The notes: generated by a model from the letters alone, not told the origin. Positions 40,993-52,765 are shown, counted from the stretch's first letter. The stretch is DNA of 64,000 nucleotides from Alkalispirochaeta sp. (GCA_965242725.1 CBDESZ010000016.1:160001-224000); one strand, 5' to 3'. A program made the numbers and translations.

Positions 40993-42456
40993 ATGAGTAC
41001 TGCAATGACACATTCACCCGTCACGGGCGACCGTTTTCGGGTTCGCGATATTTCCCTGGCCGATTGGGGACGGAAGGAAATCACCATGGCCGAGTATGAA
41101 ATGCCCGGCCTCATGGCAACCAGGGAAAAATACGGCCCCGGTAAACCCCTTTCAGGAGTGAGGATAGCGGGCAGCCTTCACATGACGATCCAGACTGCCG
41201 TTCTCATCGAAACACTTGTCGCATTGGGTGCGGATGTACGCTGGGCGAGCTGCAATATCTTTTCGACCCAGGACCACGCTGCGGCGGCCGTAGCCGTCGG
41301 CCCCGACGGAACACCGGAAGATCCCCGGGGGGTTCCCGTCTTTGCCTGGAAGGGCGAGAGCCTCGAAGAGTACTGGGAAATGACCCTCAACGCCCTTTCG
41401 TTCCCCGGTGGAAAGGGTCCCAATCTCGTCGTTGATGACGGCGGTGATGCAACCCTCCTCATACACAAGGGAGTGGAAATGGAAAAAGGTTCCGACTGGG
41501 TATCGACTCCGTCGGAGAGCCACGAAGAGTCGGTCATCAAGAGCCTCCTGAAGCGAGCCCATCAGGACGATCCGAAGTATTTCGGGAAGCTCGCCGCCGA
41601 GTGGCGCGGCGTCAGCGAGGAGACCACAACCGGCGTACACCGCCTCTATAAGATGGCCGCGGAGGGAACCCTTCTCGTTCCGGCGATCAACGTCAACGAC
41701 AGCGTGACGAAGAGCAAGTTTGACAACCTCTACGGATGCCGGGAGAGTCTCATCGACGGCATTAAACGGGGCACCGATGTGATGATCGCGGGCAAGACCG
41801 CCCTTGTATGCGGCTACGGTGATGTCGGAAAGGGAAGCGCCCAGAGCTTGCGCAGTCAGGGTGCCCGGGTCATCGTCACGGAAATCGATCCCATTTGTGC
41901 GCTGCAGGCGGCTATGGAAGGGTATGAGGTCAAGACGGTGGAGGAGGCTCTCCCCGAGGCGGATATCATTGTCACCGCAACGGGAAACAGGGACATCATC
42001 ACCCTGGAACACATGAGGGCGATGAAGAATCAGGCGATTCTCGCCAACATCGGTCACTTCGACAATGAGATCCAGGTGGGACGTCTCAACGACGCCGCGG
42101 ATGTCCACCGACAGACGATAAAGCCCCAGGTCGACAAATACCGCTTTCCCGAGGGGCATGAGATCTATCTGCTCAGTGAGGGGCGGCTGGTCAATCTCGG
42201 GAATGCAACGGGTCATCCAAGTTTCGTGATGAGCAACAGTTTTACAAATCAGACGCTTGCGCAGCTCGACCTGTGGGAGAACCGTGACAGCTACGGACCG
42301 GGTGTACGGGTCCTGGACAAGGTTCTTGACGAGGAAGTGGCGAGGCTCCATCTGGAAAAACTGGGCGTACATTTGACGACCCTCACCAAAGAACAGGCGG
42401 CATATATCAATGTCGAAGTAGCCGGACCGTACAAGTCGGACTGGTACAGATACTGA
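40993..42456 (+). CDS. ahcY: adenosylhomocysteinase
   Basis: [37 protein letters not shown]. Confidence 0.97.
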   Translation: MSTAMTHSPVTGDRFRVRDISLADWGRKEITMAEYEMPGLMATREKYGPGKPLSGVRIAGSLHMTIQTAVLIETLVALGADVRWASCNIFSTQDHAAAAVAVGPDGTPEDPRGVPVFAWKGESLEEYWEMTLNALSFPGGKGPNLVVDDGGDATLLIHKGVEMEKGSDWVSTPSESHEESVIKSLLKRAHQDDPKYFGKLAAEWRGVSEETTTGVHRLYKMAAEGTLLVPAINVNDSVTKSKFDNLYGCRESLIDGIKRGTDVMIAGKTALVCGYGDVGKGSAQSLRSQGARVIVTEIDPICALQAAMEGYEVKTVEEALPEADIIVTATGNRDIITLEHMRAMKNQAILANIGHFDNEIQVGRLNDAADVHRQTIKPQVDKYRFPEGHEIYLLSEGRLVNLGNATGHPSFVMSNSFTNQTLAQLDLWENRDSYGPGVRVLDKVLDEEVARLHLEKLGVHLTTLTKEQAAYINVEVAGPYKSDWYRY

Positions 42457-42481
42457 ATCGGCAGGGACAAGGATTTTACAT

Positions 42482-43648
42482 ATGAGCGATCGACGATACC
42501 TCTTTACTTCGGAAAGTGTCAGCGAGGGACATCCCGACAAGCTGGCCGATCAGATCAGCGACGCCGTCCTGGATGCATGTCTCCGGGACGATCCGACGAG
42601 CCACGTGGCGTGTGAAACCTTTACCACCACCGGACTGGTCCTGGTGGGCGGAGAAATCACGACCAATACCTATGTGGATATTCAGCAGATTGCCCGGGGC
42701 GTCGCAAAGCGGGTTGGATATGATGATCCCGCCTACGGACTTGATTTCGAATCGATGAGTGTCATGAGTGCGATTCACGCCCAGAGTGTCGATATCAATC
42801 AGGGTGTCGTCGGCAGCGGGCTCAAGGAGTATGAAGGAAAGCAGGGGGCCGGCGATCAGGGTATGATGTTTGGATACGCCTGTGACGAAACGCCGGAACT
42901 GATGCCGGCGCCAATCAGTTACGCCCATCAGCTGCTGCGGTACGCCGCCAAGATGCGCAAGAACGGCGACATCACGTGGATGAGACCCGATTCAAAAAGC
43001 CAGGTCACCGTGGAATATGACGGCCACACGCCCCGCAGGATCGATACCGTCGTTATCAGTCATCAGCACGATCCCGACGTCACCCACGCCCAGATCAGGG
43101 ATGAGGTGATCGAGCTGGTGATCAAGCCGATTCTGGAACCGACGGGCCTGCTGGACAAGTCGACGCGGTATTTCATCAACCCCACCGGCCGGTTTGTCAT
43201 CGGCGGACCCCATGGCGACACCGGTCTGACGGGACGCAAGATCATCGTCGATACCTACGGCGGCATGGGACGCCACGGCGGCGGAGCATTTTCAGGAAAG
43301 GATCCCAGTAAGGTGGATCGATCGGCGGCGTATATGGCGCGATATGTGGCAAAGAACATCGTCGCCGCCGGTCTCGCCGGGCGGGCGGAGGTGCAACTCG
43401 CCTACGCCATCGGCGTCCCCTTCCCGGTAAGTGTCATGGTGGAAACCTTCGGCACCGGAACGGTTCCGGAAGAGCGCATTGCAGGGGCCGTTGAAACGGT
43501 TTTTGACCTCTCGCCCCGGGGCATTATCGATACGCTGGATCTTCTGAAACCCATTTACCAGGAAACGGCAACGTACGGCCACTTCGGAAGGGACTCCTTT
43601 CGCTGGGAAGTCACCGACAAGGTGACGGACCTCCAAAACGCCGTCTAG
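42482..43648 (+). CDS. metK: S-adenosylmethionine synthetase
   Basis: [26 protein letters not shown]. Confidence 0.97.
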   Translation: MSDRRYLFTSESVSEGHPDKLADQISDAVLDACLRDDPTSHVACETFTTTGLVLVGGEITTNTYVDIQQIARGVAKRVGYDDPAYGLDFESMSVMSAIHAQSVDINQGVVGSGLKEYEGKQGAGDQGMMFGYACDETPELMPAPISYAHQLLRYAAKMRKNGDITWMRPDSKSQVTVEYDGHTPRRIDTVVISHQHDPDVTHAQIRDEVIELVIKPILEPTGLLDKSTRYFINPTGRFVIGGPHGDTGLTGRKIIVDTYGGMGRHGGGAFSGKDPSKVDRSAAYMARYVAKNIVAAGLAGRAEVQLAYAIGVPFPVSVMVETFGTGTVPEERIAGAVETVFDLSPRGIIDTLDLLKPIYQETATYGHFGRDSFRWEVTDKVTDLQNAV

Positions 43649-43668
43649 GTCGCTGTGGACGAGTGACT

Positions 43669-44598
43669 ATGGGCAAAGAGACACCCCGCGTCGCCGACCT
43701 GCTTGAAGCGGGTCGGACCATTTTCAGCTTTGAGTTTTTTCCCCCGAAGACGGAAAAAGGATGGGGAAACCTGTTGCGGACCATCGGAACGGAGCTTCTG
43801 CCTCTGGAACCGGCTTACGTCAGCGTTACCTACGGCGCCGGCGGGTCCACCCGGCGGCAGACCCATGAACTGGTTACCCGAATTCAGGAGGAGTTCGGAC
43901 TCACCGTGGTCGCACATCTCACCTGCGTCGGATCGCTCAGGGATGAGATCGACGGAATTCTTGAAGGCTATGCCCGCGCGGGGGTGAGAAACATCCTCGC
44001 CCTTCGTGGAGACCCGCCGGCGGACGAAGAGACACGGTCCGCCCTCGCGGACAGACTCGGCGCCGACGGAGAGGGTAGCCGCGATTTTCCCTACGCCGGT
44101 GATCTTGTGGCACACATCCGCCGGCGATATCCCGATTTTTCGATCGGTGTTGCAGGTTTTCCCGAGGGACATCCGGCGACACCCAACCGCCTGCAGGAAA
44201 TAGAGCTCCTGAAACAGAAGGTGCAGGCCGGGGCGGACTACATCGTGACGCAAATGTTTTTTGATAATCGCGACTATTTTGACTATGTCGAACGGTTGCG
44301 TCTGGCCGGTGTTTCCGTACCGGTTGTACCGGGGATCATGCCGGTGACGAGTCGCAAGGGTATGGAAAAAATGGCGAAACTTGCCGCGGGGTCCCGTTTT
44401 CCCGCTCCCCTCCTCCGTGCGGTGTCACGGGCGCGGGGTGACGATGCGGTGACCAGGGTGGGGACGCAGTGGGCGACGGCACAAATTGCGGAACTCCTGA
44501 ACGCAGATGTGCCGGGGATTCACCTGTACACCCTCAACAACTCCCGTTCGACAATCGATATCTGCCGGAATCTGGGGCTGGACTCCTACAAGGTGTGA
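43669..44598 (+). CDS. metF: 5,10-methylenetetrahydrofolate reductase
   Basis: SFEFFPPK, SVTYGAGGS, HLTC, LALRGDPP, TQMFFD, HLYTLN. Confidence 0.95.
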   Translation: MGKETPRVADLLEAGRTIFSFEFFPPKTEKGWGNLLRTIGTELLPLEPAYVSVTYGAGGSTRRQTHELVTRIQEEFGLTVVAHLTCVGSLRDEIDGILEGYARAGVRNILALRGDPPADEETRSALADRLGADGEGSRDFPYAGDLVAHIRRRYPDFSIGVAGFPEGHPATPNRLQEIELLKQKVQAGADYIVTQMFFDNRDYFDYVERLRLAGVSVPVVPGIMPVTSRKGMEKMAKLAAGSRFPAPLLRAVSRARGDDAVTRVGTQWATAQIAELLNADVPGIHLYTLNNSRSTIDICRNLGLDSYKV

Positions 44599-44694
44599 TA
44601 TACAAAGTGTGATATCCGGGGAGAGAAGCGGGTGCCCGTCCGGAACGGCGCACTCCACTACCCCGTCGACCGGGAAGTGTCACCTTCCAATTCC

Positions 44695-46167
44695 CTAATA
44701 GTGGTGGCCGAGGCCGATAAAGAGTTCCCGCGCCTCCGACGACAGCGGCGCCGCGCCGTCCTGCACGGCGTAGAGATCCACTCCCAGGGATGCGCGAATG
44801 TAGAGACTCCGGGCAAAGAGGGGAAATCCGACGACCTCTATGCCGGTGCCGTACCGCAAATCCCGTTTGGATTCAAAGGATTTGTCCGTGTAGAAATCGC
44901 CTCGCAGATCCCTTACGTAGGCGACATCAAAAAAGGCGCCCACCTGAGCCTCAAAGAGCGGCCGAAGTGTCCAGAGGGTAAAGACCGCGTCAAGGTTGAG
45001 AAAGAGCCCGAGATCGCCGTTCATCGTATTGTCAAGAAGACCCCGTGCAGCGGCTGCGGCGTCCTCCTGGTCTTCATCCGCCCCGTCGATAAGGTAAAAA
45101 CCGGAGAAGGCGGCGCTCACTCCCGCCTTGGGTGGGTTTTCAGGATTTTCAGGCATCAGGGGTTGGTATACCGCGGTGAGAAAGGCGACTTCCCGATTCC
45201 AGCGCTCCCGGACGATGTTGTAGGCGTTGTCATTGCTGATTTCGATCGTGCTGCCTCGACGGTAATTGCCGAACCAGTCATAGTCGCCCGCGCCGAGGGC
45301 GTGCTCAAATCCGGCGGTGATTCCACTGCGGTTCCTGCTGATCCCGCCGGGTCGGTGGTTCCGCTCCACATAGACACCGGGACGGTACTCCACCGTACCG
45401 TACAGCGGCAGAGCAACACCGGTATCGACGGTACTGCCCAGTTCCACTTCACTGGTGAAGTAGGAAAAATCTTCCTCCGGATCGTCGGTGAGGTAGCGAT
45501 AGGACTCGGTGTAGATTGCTTCCCAGTCAAGTCCCAACCAGTCGAAACGATAGCCGAGGCCGGCGGAAATGTCGAAGTCGAAATCCTCACCGTCGGTTTC
45601 AAAACTCTCCGTAAAGATCAGTTCCCACCGCTGTTCCAGCAGGTTGAAGGGCAATCGAAACTGAGACGCGATGGTGAACAGGTCGGTATCGTCTTCGGTC
45701 CGCTCGTAGTCGAAATCGATTTCAAGCTCCTGCATCGTTCCGAAGAAATTATAGTCCCTCGTCCTGAGACTCAGTAACAGACCGCTGTTGGAGTCGTATT
45801 TGAAATAGGGAAGAATGATGAAATTCCACGTATCCCTGACGCTTACCGTCACCGCTACATCCCGGGTGTTATCTTCCGACGGGGAGTCGGAGATGACCCA
45901 TTCCACCGCGACATCCTGCAGGACCCGCTGGTTCACGAGAATCTGCCTCTGCCTGAGCAGAAACTCCTCCAGCTCGACTTCCGAGGCGAAAATCGCCCCC
46001 TCCTGCAGATCGAGAATGTCGTCGAGGGCCCACTCCCGGGTCCGACCGTCGATGTTGTAGGTTATCGTATCTATACGAAATCCGGAGGCGGGGGTATCGG
46101 CGAAAAGTGCAGCTGTAGCTGCCAAGAAGGTTGCTGCCGCAATGATTAGGAGTCGTTTGCTCGTCAC
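44695..46167 (-). CDS. putative outer-membrane beta-barrel protein (POTRA-like N-terminus)
   Basis: Signal peptide from GTG 46167; amphipathic strands; ends ELFIGLGHHY. Confidence 0.6.
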   Translation of the reverse strand: MTSKRLLIIAAATFLAATAALFADTPASGFRIDTITYNIDGRTREWALDDILDLQEGAIFASEVELEEFLLRQRQILVNQRVLQDVAVEWVISDSPSEDNTRDVAVTVSVRDTWNFIILPYFKYDSNSGLLLSLRTRDYNFFGTMQELEIDFDYERTEDDTDLFTIASQFRLPFNLLEQRWELIFTESFETDGEDFDFDISAGLGYRFDWLGLDWEAIYTESYRYLTDDPEEDFSYFTSEVELGSTVDTGVALPLYGTVEYRPGVYVERNHRPGGISRNRSGITAGFEHALGAGDYDWFGNYRRGSTIEISNDNAYNIVRERWNREVAFLTAVYQPLMPENPENPPKAGVSAAFSGFYLIDGADEDQEDAAAAARGLLDNTMNGDLGLFLNLDAVFTLWTLRPLFEAQVGAFFDVAYVRDLRGDFYTDKSFESKRDLRYGTGIEVVGFPLFARSLYIRASLGVDLYAVQDGAAPLSSEARELFIGLGHHY

Positions 46168-46210
46168 CTGTTTTTCCTTAATTTTGACCGACAGAATACA
46201 TGATTTGCGG

Positions 46211-46762
46211 TCATTGCGAAAGCCCGCGTCCCTCGGACGCCTCTTCCACGGTACGGACTGCCCGGGAGATGACGGCAGGCAGCGCGATCTCTTCATCGGG
46301 AGAAAAGCGTTCCAGAATCCAGTCTCCCGGTTTCCGGCCCGCCGGCGGTCTGCCGACACCGATTCGGAGTCGCCAGAAATCGGCAGTGCCGAGGGACTGA
46401 CTGATGGAACGGACTCCGTTGTTGCCGCGGTGGCCGCCGGAAAAGGCGATTTGAACCGTACCGAATGGCGTTTCCATGTCGTCATGGACGACGAGTATCT
46501 CCGCGGGAGAGAGGTTGAAGAAATCCCGCGCCGCCTGCACGCTCCGGCCGCTCACATTCATGTAGGTCAATGGCGTGAGGAGTATCCGTTCTCCTTCTTT
46601 GATGAAACGGCCGTGAAATTTCTCTTTCCACGCCGAAGCGGGAGCGGACGTCAGCTCGGGAACGAGAAGCCACGCCACGTTGTGGCGGCTACGTTCATAC
46701 TGCCGACCGGGATTCCCCAATAATGCGATGAGCCGGATTGCTTGATTTCCTTGTGCCTTCAT
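46211..46762 (-). CDS. pth: peptidyl-tRNA hydrolase
   Basis: LGNPG..Y..SRHN, TYMNVSG, VVHDD, GHRG.NG, RLRIGVGRP. Confidence 0.93.
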   Translation of the reverse strand: MKAQGNQAIRLIALLGNPGRQYERSRHNVAWLLVPELTSAPASAWKEKFHGRFIKEGERILLTPLTYMNVSGRSVQAARDFFNLSPAEILVVHDDMETPFGTVQIAFSGGHRGNNGVRSISQSLGTADFWRLRIGVGRPPAGRKPGDWILERFSPDEEIALPAVISRAVRTVEEASEGRGLSQ

Positions 46763-46776
46763 AGTAGTTAGTTCAT

Positions 46777-47784
46777 ATGGTTGAAGATGTACGTGTATTA
46801 CTGTCGGACAGCACCGATCCGTGGTTCAATCTCGCAACGGAAGACTGGATCTTCCGTGAGCTCGATCCCCATACGCATACGCTCTTTCTCTGGCGCAACG
46901 ATAACACAGTCGTCATCGGACGTCACCAGAACCCCTGGGTGGAATGCAAGGTGGACAAAATGGAACGGGACGGCGTCTTTCTTGCCCGCCGACAGAGCGG
47001 CGGTGGTGCCGTCTTTCACGACCTGGGAAATACGAATTTCACCTTCCTTTCATCAAGCGACGGATACGACCAGGAAGGCAATTTTTCAGTCGTCATCGAC
47101 GCACTGGCGCAGTTCGGTATTGTTGCGGAACGTTCCGGGCGAAACGACATCCTCGTGGAGGGACGGAAGGTCTCCGGCAGCGCCTTCAAGCACACAAGGG
47201 AGCGCAGTTTCCACCACGGCACGCTGCTCATCAACGCCGATCTGGGCAGGCTCACGGACTATCTCAACCCCCACAAAAAAAAGCTCGTCGCAAAAGGGAT
47301 AAAATCGGTACGAAGTCGCGTTGCCAACCTCACGGAATTTCAGCCGGGGCTTACCCACGACGCGATGTGCGCGGCGGTGACGGAGAGCTTTTTCCAGCGC
47401 CTCGGAAAACGGTGTGAACCGGAGCTGCTCAACCTGGACACCCTCCGGAGGATTCCCTCCCTGGACGCCTACTACCGGCAGATGGCTGACTGGGAGTGGC
47501 GATTCGGCCGTACCCCCGACTTCACCCACCATCTTGAAGAGCGCTTTGACTGGGGCGGTATGGATATCTACCTGGATGTCCATCGCGGGACGATAGCCAC
47601 GGCGAAAATATTCTCCGACGCGATGGACTCGGAGATGATCGACGTCCTGCAGGGGCTGTTGCCTGATACGCGGTATACCCGAACCTCCATAGAAGACCGC
47701 ATCGCCGAGGCGGAACGGACCATTCCGGAACGTTCGGCGGAACTTGAAGATCTGCGACGGTGGTTGTCGCAGATGATCGCCTGA
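46777..47784 (+). CDS. lplA: lipoate-protein ligase A
   Basis: RRQSGGGAVFHDLGN, GRND, KVSGSA, HHGTLL. Confidence 0.93.
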   Translation: MVEDVRVLLSDSTDPWFNLATEDWIFRELDPHTHTLFLWRNDNTVVIGRHQNPWVECKVDKMERDGVFLARRQSGGGAVFHDLGNTNFTFLSSSDGYDQEGNFSVVIDALAQFGIVAERSGRNDILVEGRKVSGSAFKHTRERSFHHGTLLINADLGRLTDYLNPHKKKLVAKGIKSVRSRVANLTEFQPGLTHDAMCAAVTESFFQRLGKRCEPELLNLDTLRRIPSLDAYYRQMADWEWRFGRTPDFTHHLEERFDWGGMDIYLDVHRGTIATAKIFSDAMDSEMIDVLQGLLPDTRYTRTSIEDRIAEAERTIPERSAELEDLRRWLSQMIA

Positions 47785-47811
47785 ATCAAATTCACGACCA
47801 GGGAGGAGCGC

Positions 47812-48516
47812 ATGAGTATTCACATAGGGGCAAAGAGCGGTCAAATCGCCGATACGGTTCTTCTGCCGGGTGATCCCCTGCGGGCACAATTTGTGGCCAG
47901 GGAGTTTCTGGAAGGAGCGCATAAGTACAACGACGTCCGGGGGATGCTTGGATTCACGGGCAGCTACAAGGGGACGCCCGTCTCCGTTCAGGGATCGGGA
48001 ATGGGCATGCCAAGCCTTTCCATATATGTGAACGAACTGATCCGCTTTTACGGTGCCCGGCGTCTCATCAGGATCGGATCGTGCGGTGCGATTCAGGAGG
48101 CGATCGGACTGCGGGAGATTATCCTCGCCATGACCGCCTCCACAGACAGCGCCATGAACCGCCTGCGCTTTCAGGGCATGGACTTTGCCCCCGCCGCGAC
48201 GTGGTCTCTCTTTCGCGCCGCCGTGGACGTTCTGGAGCGTCGGGGCACGCCCTACCACGCCGGGGGCATTCTCTCAAGCGACGCCTTCTATACGGACGAT
48301 CCCGACCAGTGGAAGCTCTGGGCCGCCCACAACGTCCTCGCAATCGAGATGGAAACCAACCAGCTCTACACCCTCGCCGCCCGGCACCGGGTTGAGGCGT
48401 TGAGCATTCTCACCGTCAGTGACAGTCTTGTTTCTCAGGACGAACTTACGGCGGCGGAACGGCAGTCATCCTTTCATGAAATGGTTGAAACCGCCCTTGA
48501 AACGGCGATTTCGTGA
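47812..48516 (+). CDS. deoD: purine nucleoside phosphorylase
   Basis: LPGDPLRA, GMGMPS, RIGSCG, EME. Confidence 0.95.
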   Translation: MSIHIGAKSGQIADTVLLPGDPLRAQFVAREFLEGAHKYNDVRGMLGFTGSYKGTPVSVQGSGMGMPSLSIYVNELIRFYGARRLIRIGSCGAIQEAIGLREIILAMTASTDSAMNRLRFQGMDFAPAATWSLFRAAVDVLERRGTPYHAGGILSSDAFYTDDPDQWKLWAAHNVLAIEMETNQLYTLAARHRVEALSILTVSDSLVSQDELTAAERQSSFHEMVETALETAIS

Positions 48517-48537
48517 GTATCCCTTTTCACGCTTGAG

Positions 48538-49473
48538 TCAGCCGATAAAGAGGATGGCCACCCCCGCAACCGCGACGACGGCGCCGGCGATCTCCTGAAG
48601 GGTGATCGCCTCTTTTTTTACAAAGACGGAAATCGGAATGAGGATGACCGGCACGGTGGCGATGAGCGTTGACGCCACACCCGTTCCCGCCCGTTGCGCC
48701 GCGAAGAGGCCGAGGGAGACCCCCAGAAAGGGACCGAAAAAAGCACCCCTGGTGATAGACTTCATCGCTTTTCCGTCCCGAAATGCGACGGCGACGCGCT
48801 TCCAGCGGTGGGTCACCGCAAAGAGGATGATAAATCCCGCCATTCCGGCGAGGGATCTGATTTGGGTCGCCCCGAAGGGATCAAAATCCGGCGCTCCGTG
48901 ACGGCTGAGGACGAGACCGAGTGCCTGCCCGAGGGCGCCCAGCACGGCAAACCAGACGCCACGAAGGGGGTGTTCCACCAGCCGCTTCTTCTCAAGTGTA
49001 GCCGCCGGTGCGGCGATGTCCGGTGCGGCAAGGCGTTTCCTGGTGGTCACAACCATGACGATACCCGAGACGGTCGTCACCATTCCAAAGAGCTGTGACG
49101 GTGAGAGGGTCTCACCGAGGATTACCCAGCCAAGCACGGCGGTCATGGGAGGTACCGACGAATAGATGAGCATCGCCTTTCGGGCGCCGACGTCGACAAA
49201 GGCCTGAAAGAGGAAGAGGTCACCAAATACAAATCCGACGAGCCCCGAGAGGGTGAGCCACGTCCACACGTGGGCACCCGCGTCAAAGGGAAGGAACCGG
49301 TGATGGACGATGGAGCCGTAGACGGTGAATATCGCAAAGGCGACGATGAGACGTATGAGATTTACCTGGAGACTGCCGACCCGCTTCCCCGCGGATTCAA
49401 AGGACAAACTGGTGATTGCCCAGCAAAAGGCCGTTCCCAGGGCGGCGAGCTGCCCGAAAGTCTGTGTATTCAA
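48538..49473 (-). CDS. DMT/EamA family transporter
   Basis: Two repeated multi-TM halves, LGETLS. Confidence 0.85.
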   Translation of the reverse strand: MNTQTFGQLAALGTAFCWAITSLSFESAGKRVGSLQVNLIRLIVAFAIFTVYGSIVHHRFLPFDAGAHVWTWLTLSGLVGFVFGDLFLFQAFVDVGARKAMLIYSSVPPMTAVLGWVILGETLSPSQLFGMVTTVSGIVMVVTTRKRLAAPDIAAPAATLEKKRLVEHPLRGVWFAVLGALGQALGLVLSRHGAPDFDPFGATQIRSLAGMAGFIILFAVTHRWKRVAVAFRDGKAMKSITRGAFFGPFLGVSLGLFAAQRAGTGVASTLIATVPVILIPISVFVKKEAITLQEIAGAVVAVAGVAILFIG

Positions 49474-49503
49474 TCGTTGCCTGCCCTTTCCTTCTCGTTT
49501 ACA

Positions 49504-50037
49504 ATGATCAACACGAACATGTCCTTTGAAACACTGTTATCGATCCTCATTCAATACCGACTGGGCGTATACATTGCGCTTGTAATTCTCCCGCTTGCGA
49601 TTTTCGGGATGAGCTTCTTTCACGGCGTCTACGATGGTCGGGAAGCGCCGTGGCGTCACACCTACGCCTTCATGGTTCATGTGTTGACGGCGTTGTTTGC
49701 TGCGGTGGGAGCGCTCACGGTATATCACATTTTGGAGAGCGGGTCATCTGTAGTGGGCAGGGACGTGGTGACCGTCGTCGCGGCCTTCGCGGCGTCCTGG
49801 CTTCTTGTGCTCCTCGTGGTGAAACGGGCCGTCGACTTTTCAATGCTCCTTTCGGTGCGCAATCCGTTCGTATTGTTCACGTCGTGGGCCGTCGGGTGGG
49901 CCGCCGCATGGACCGTCGACCAATACGCCGTGCTGCCCTTTTCCGCGCCGCGGGTGGCGGTCCTCGCCATCACCGCGTGTATCGTATTTCTCGTGATACG
50001 GGTGATCCTCTCCATAGCGTTCAAGGTTCGTTCATGA
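49504..50037 (+). CDS. hypothetical multi-TM membrane protein
   Basis: About 5 hydrophobic segments; stop overlaps SDR start. Confidence 0.65.
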   Translation: MINTNMSFETLLSILIQYRLGVYIALVILPLAIFGMSFFHGVYDGREAPWRHTYAFMVHVLTALFAAVGALTVYHILESGSSVVGRDVVTVVAAFAASWLLVLLVVKRAVDFSMLLSVRNPFVLFTSWAVGWAAAWTVDQYAVLPFSAPRVAVLAITACIVFLVIRVILSIAFKVRS

Positions 50038-50843
50038 CCTCCGACAGACTCCCCTGGAACAGCTACTGGATAACCGGCGCGGGGTCCGGAATCGGTAGGG
50101 CCCTTGCGCTTCACCTCTCTGCAACGGGACGGCGTCTTGTCCTGTCAGGACGGAGAAGGGATGCCCTTGAGGAAACCGCCGCCATGTGCCGAGGTTATGG
50201 CGCAGAGGTTGAGAACCTTCCCGTGGATCTCGCGGATGAGGCGGACCGTGTGCGTGCCTATCGGCACCTTGTGGAGAGCGCCGCTCTTCCGGAAGCGGTC
50301 TTTCACAACGCCGGCATCAGTCAGCGGTCATACGCGGCGGATACGGAGTTTTCCGTGGACAAAGCGATACATGAAGTGAACTTCGTTGCGCCGGTCCATC
50401 TCACCAAACTGCTTCTGCCTCATATGATCGAGGAGAACCGGGGATGCATCGTCGCCGTTTCCAGCCTTGCCGGACTGCTGGCCGCTCCGCTGCGCAGTGC
50501 CTATAACGCCGCGAAGGCGGCACAGATATCCTACTTCCGTACCCTCAGGAATGAGCTGCACGATACGGGCGTCCTCGTTGCCGTGGCGTTGCCGGGATTT
50601 GTCCGCACCGATGTCTCCCGCAACGCCCTTACTGGAAACGGTGCTCCCTACGGCACGATGGATCCCAATCAGGAGTCGGGAATTACACCGGGTGACGCCG
50701 CCGCGGCGATTATCGCCGGTGTGGAACGGCGCAAACCGATAATCTCAACAGGTCTTTCCATCCGCGGCCGGGTCATTCTGGCGATTGAACGATTTTCTCC
50801 CTCCCTTGCCGACGCGATTCTCCGCAGCCGCGAGGTGCGGTAG
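50034..50843 (+). CDS. short-chain dehydrogenase/reductase
   Basis: TGAGSGIG, NAG, YNAAK. Confidence 0.92.
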   Translation: MTSDRLPWNSYWITGAGSGIGRALALHLSATGRRLVLSGRRRDALEETAAMCRGYGAEVENLPVDLADEADRVRAYRHLVESAALPEAVFHNAGISQRSYAADTEFSVDKAIHEVNFVAPVHLTKLLLPHMIEENRGCIVAVSSLAGLLAAPLRSAYNAAKAAQISYFRTLRNELHDTGVLVAVALPGFVRTDVSRNALTGNGAPYGTMDPNQESGITPGDAAAAIIAGVERRKPIISTGLSIRGRVILAIERFSPSLADAILRSREVR

Positions 50844-51718
50844 TGATAATTGGTCTCTTTCCCGACGCGCTGTCGGTCGTCGTTGCAACCGACGGAAGGG
50901 GAACTTCCTTCCGTCTGCCGACCACAGGCGAGCTGCAGGAGGCGGGAGTTTCGGTGCCCGAGGATATCTGGGAGTTTTTCCGGTACGGTGAGGATTCCGT
51001 CGGCGGCCTCCTCCTTGATCCGGGGGCGGCGGCGCACCTGCCTCTGAAAGGCGGAAACGGTGCCGGCGCAGGCGACGCCTCCGACCGCTCCAGCCTCCAT
51101 CTTGAAGTGGTCCGCCGGCGGGATGCCGTTTCGCACATGGATACGGACGACTTCTGGGCTATGAACAGGACCTTTCACCTTGCCCACTGGGACAGGCACA
51201 CCCGTTTCTGCGGCGCCTGTGCAGCCGCGATGGAACGGAGTTCCTCGGAGATTTCAAAACGCTGCCCCTCCTGCGGAGCAGTCAGCTATCCCCACATCGC
51301 TCCGGCCGTTATCGTTGCGATCGTGAAAGAGGGAAAACTGCTCCTTGCCCACAACGCTCAGCGACCGACAAATATGTACAGCGTTCTCGCCGGATTTGTG
51401 GAACCGGGGGAGTCCCTTGAGCATGCGGTCAGCCGGGAAGTATTTGAAGAAAGCGGAATTACCGTGCGCAATATTGAATACTTTTCCAGCCAGCCCTGGC
51501 CCTTTCCCGGCTCCCTCATGATAGCCTTTACGGCGGAGTACGCAGCGGGTACCGTCGTTCCCGACCGGGAAGAAATTGACGAGATCGGCTGGTTTGCTCC
51601 CGGTGAGCTGCCCGAGGAGTTGCCCGGGTCGCTGAGCGTCGCCCGCCGGCTCATTGAGTGGTTTGTGAGCGAATATGGAACGGATGATGACCTTCGGGCG
51701 CTGTGTGCACGTTTGTAA
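50843..51718 (+). CDS. nudC: NAD(+)/NADH diphosphatase
   Basis: FCGAC..CPSC zinc, Nudix box GFVEPGESLEHAVSREVFEESG, SQPWPFP. Confidence 0.93.
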   Translation: MIIGLFPDALSVVVATDGRGTSFRLPTTGELQEAGVSVPEDIWEFFRYGEDSVGGLLLDPGAAAHLPLKGGNGAGAGDASDRSSLHLEVVRRRDAVSHMDTDDFWAMNRTFHLAHWDRHTRFCGACAAAMERSSSEISKRCPSCGAVSYPHIAPAVIVAIVKEGKLLLAHNAQRPTNMYSVLAGFVEPGESLEHAVSREVFEESGITVRNIEYFSSQPWPFPGSLMIAFTAEYAAGTVVPDREEIDEIGWFAPGELPEELPGSLSVARRLIEWFVSEYGTDDDLRALCARL

Positions 51719-51778
51719 CAGTTTAGTTTTACACTTGATCAATCAATAGCAACCAATTACCTTATGGAGGAGGAAATT

Positions 51779-52765
51779 ATGAAACCAGTAGTTTGGGGTG
51801 TTCTTGGCGTATCAACGCACTATCGCCTGCGGGTATCGGCCGGGCTGAAAAAATCGGATGCGGTGCAGCTTCACGCCATCGCGTCCAGAGACGGCGCCCG
51901 TGCGGAAGCGGCGGCGAAGGAACAGGGGTTTACCCATGGCTATGGAAGCTACGAGGCCCTTCTTGAGGACCCCGCGATCGAGGCGGTCTATATCCCCCTT
52001 CCCAACCATATGCATCTTCAATGGATAAAACGGGCCGCCGATGCGGGAAAACACATTCTCTGTGAAAAGCCCCTCGGCCTCAACGCCGGCGAAGTGGAAG
52101 AGGCGATCGCCTATACACGGAAAAAGAAGGTTCTCCTCATGGAGGGCTTTATGTACCGCTTCCATCCCCAGTGGATCAGGGCGCGGGAACTCGTCGCCAT
52201 AGGGGAAGTGGGAACGCCCACGGCGGTGCAGGGACACTTCTTTTACAACAACCAGAATCCCGGTGATATCCGCAACCGGCCCGAGGCGGGCGGCGGCGGT
52301 ATCCTGGACATCGGATGTTATGCCGTTTCGTCGACCCGCTACCTTCTGGGCCGGGAACCGAAGCGCGTGGTCGGTCTCATTCAATGGGATGAGCGCTTCG
52401 GCACCGACCGACTGGCAAGCGGAATTCTCGACTTTGAGGACGTCCAGGCGACCTTTACCGTCGGTACTCAGACGGGTGCCGCCCAGGGTGTGCGCCTCTT
52501 CGGAACGGGCGGCAGCGTGGAGGTGGTTCTTCCCTTTAACGCCTACCCCGACGTTCCCCTGGCGGTCCATGTCCGCTCCGGTGTGGGAAACCGCACCGTA
52601 TACACCGGACCGACCGACCAGTACGTGGAGCAGTTTGAGGCCTTTTCCCGGGCGGTGAGAAACGGTACGGAAGAACCGACGCCACCCGAAGATGCCCTGA
52701 ACAACCAGAAAGTCCTGGACGCCCTCTTCAGGAGCGGGAAAAGCGGCAGCTGGGAGAAGGTATAG
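51779..52765 (+). CDS. Gfo/Idh/MocA family oxidoreductase
   Basis: YIPLPNHMH, GKHILCEKP, GGGILDIGCY. Confidence 0.92.
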   Translation: MKPVVWGVLGVSTHYRLRVSAGLKKSDAVQLHAIASRDGARAEAAAKEQGFTHGYGSYEALLEDPAIEAVYIPLPNHMHLQWIKRAADAGKHILCEKPLGLNAGEVEEAIAYTRKKKVLLMEGFMYRFHPQWIRARELVAIGEVGTPTAVQGHFFYNNQNPGDIRNRPEAGGGGILDIGCYAVSSTRYLLGREPKRVVGLIQWDERFGTDRLASGILDFEDVQATFTVGTQTGAAQGVRLFGTGGSVEVVLPFNAYPDVPLAVHVRSGVGNRTVYTGPTDQYVEQFEAFSRAVRNGTEEPTPPEDALNNQKVLDALFRSGKSGSWEKV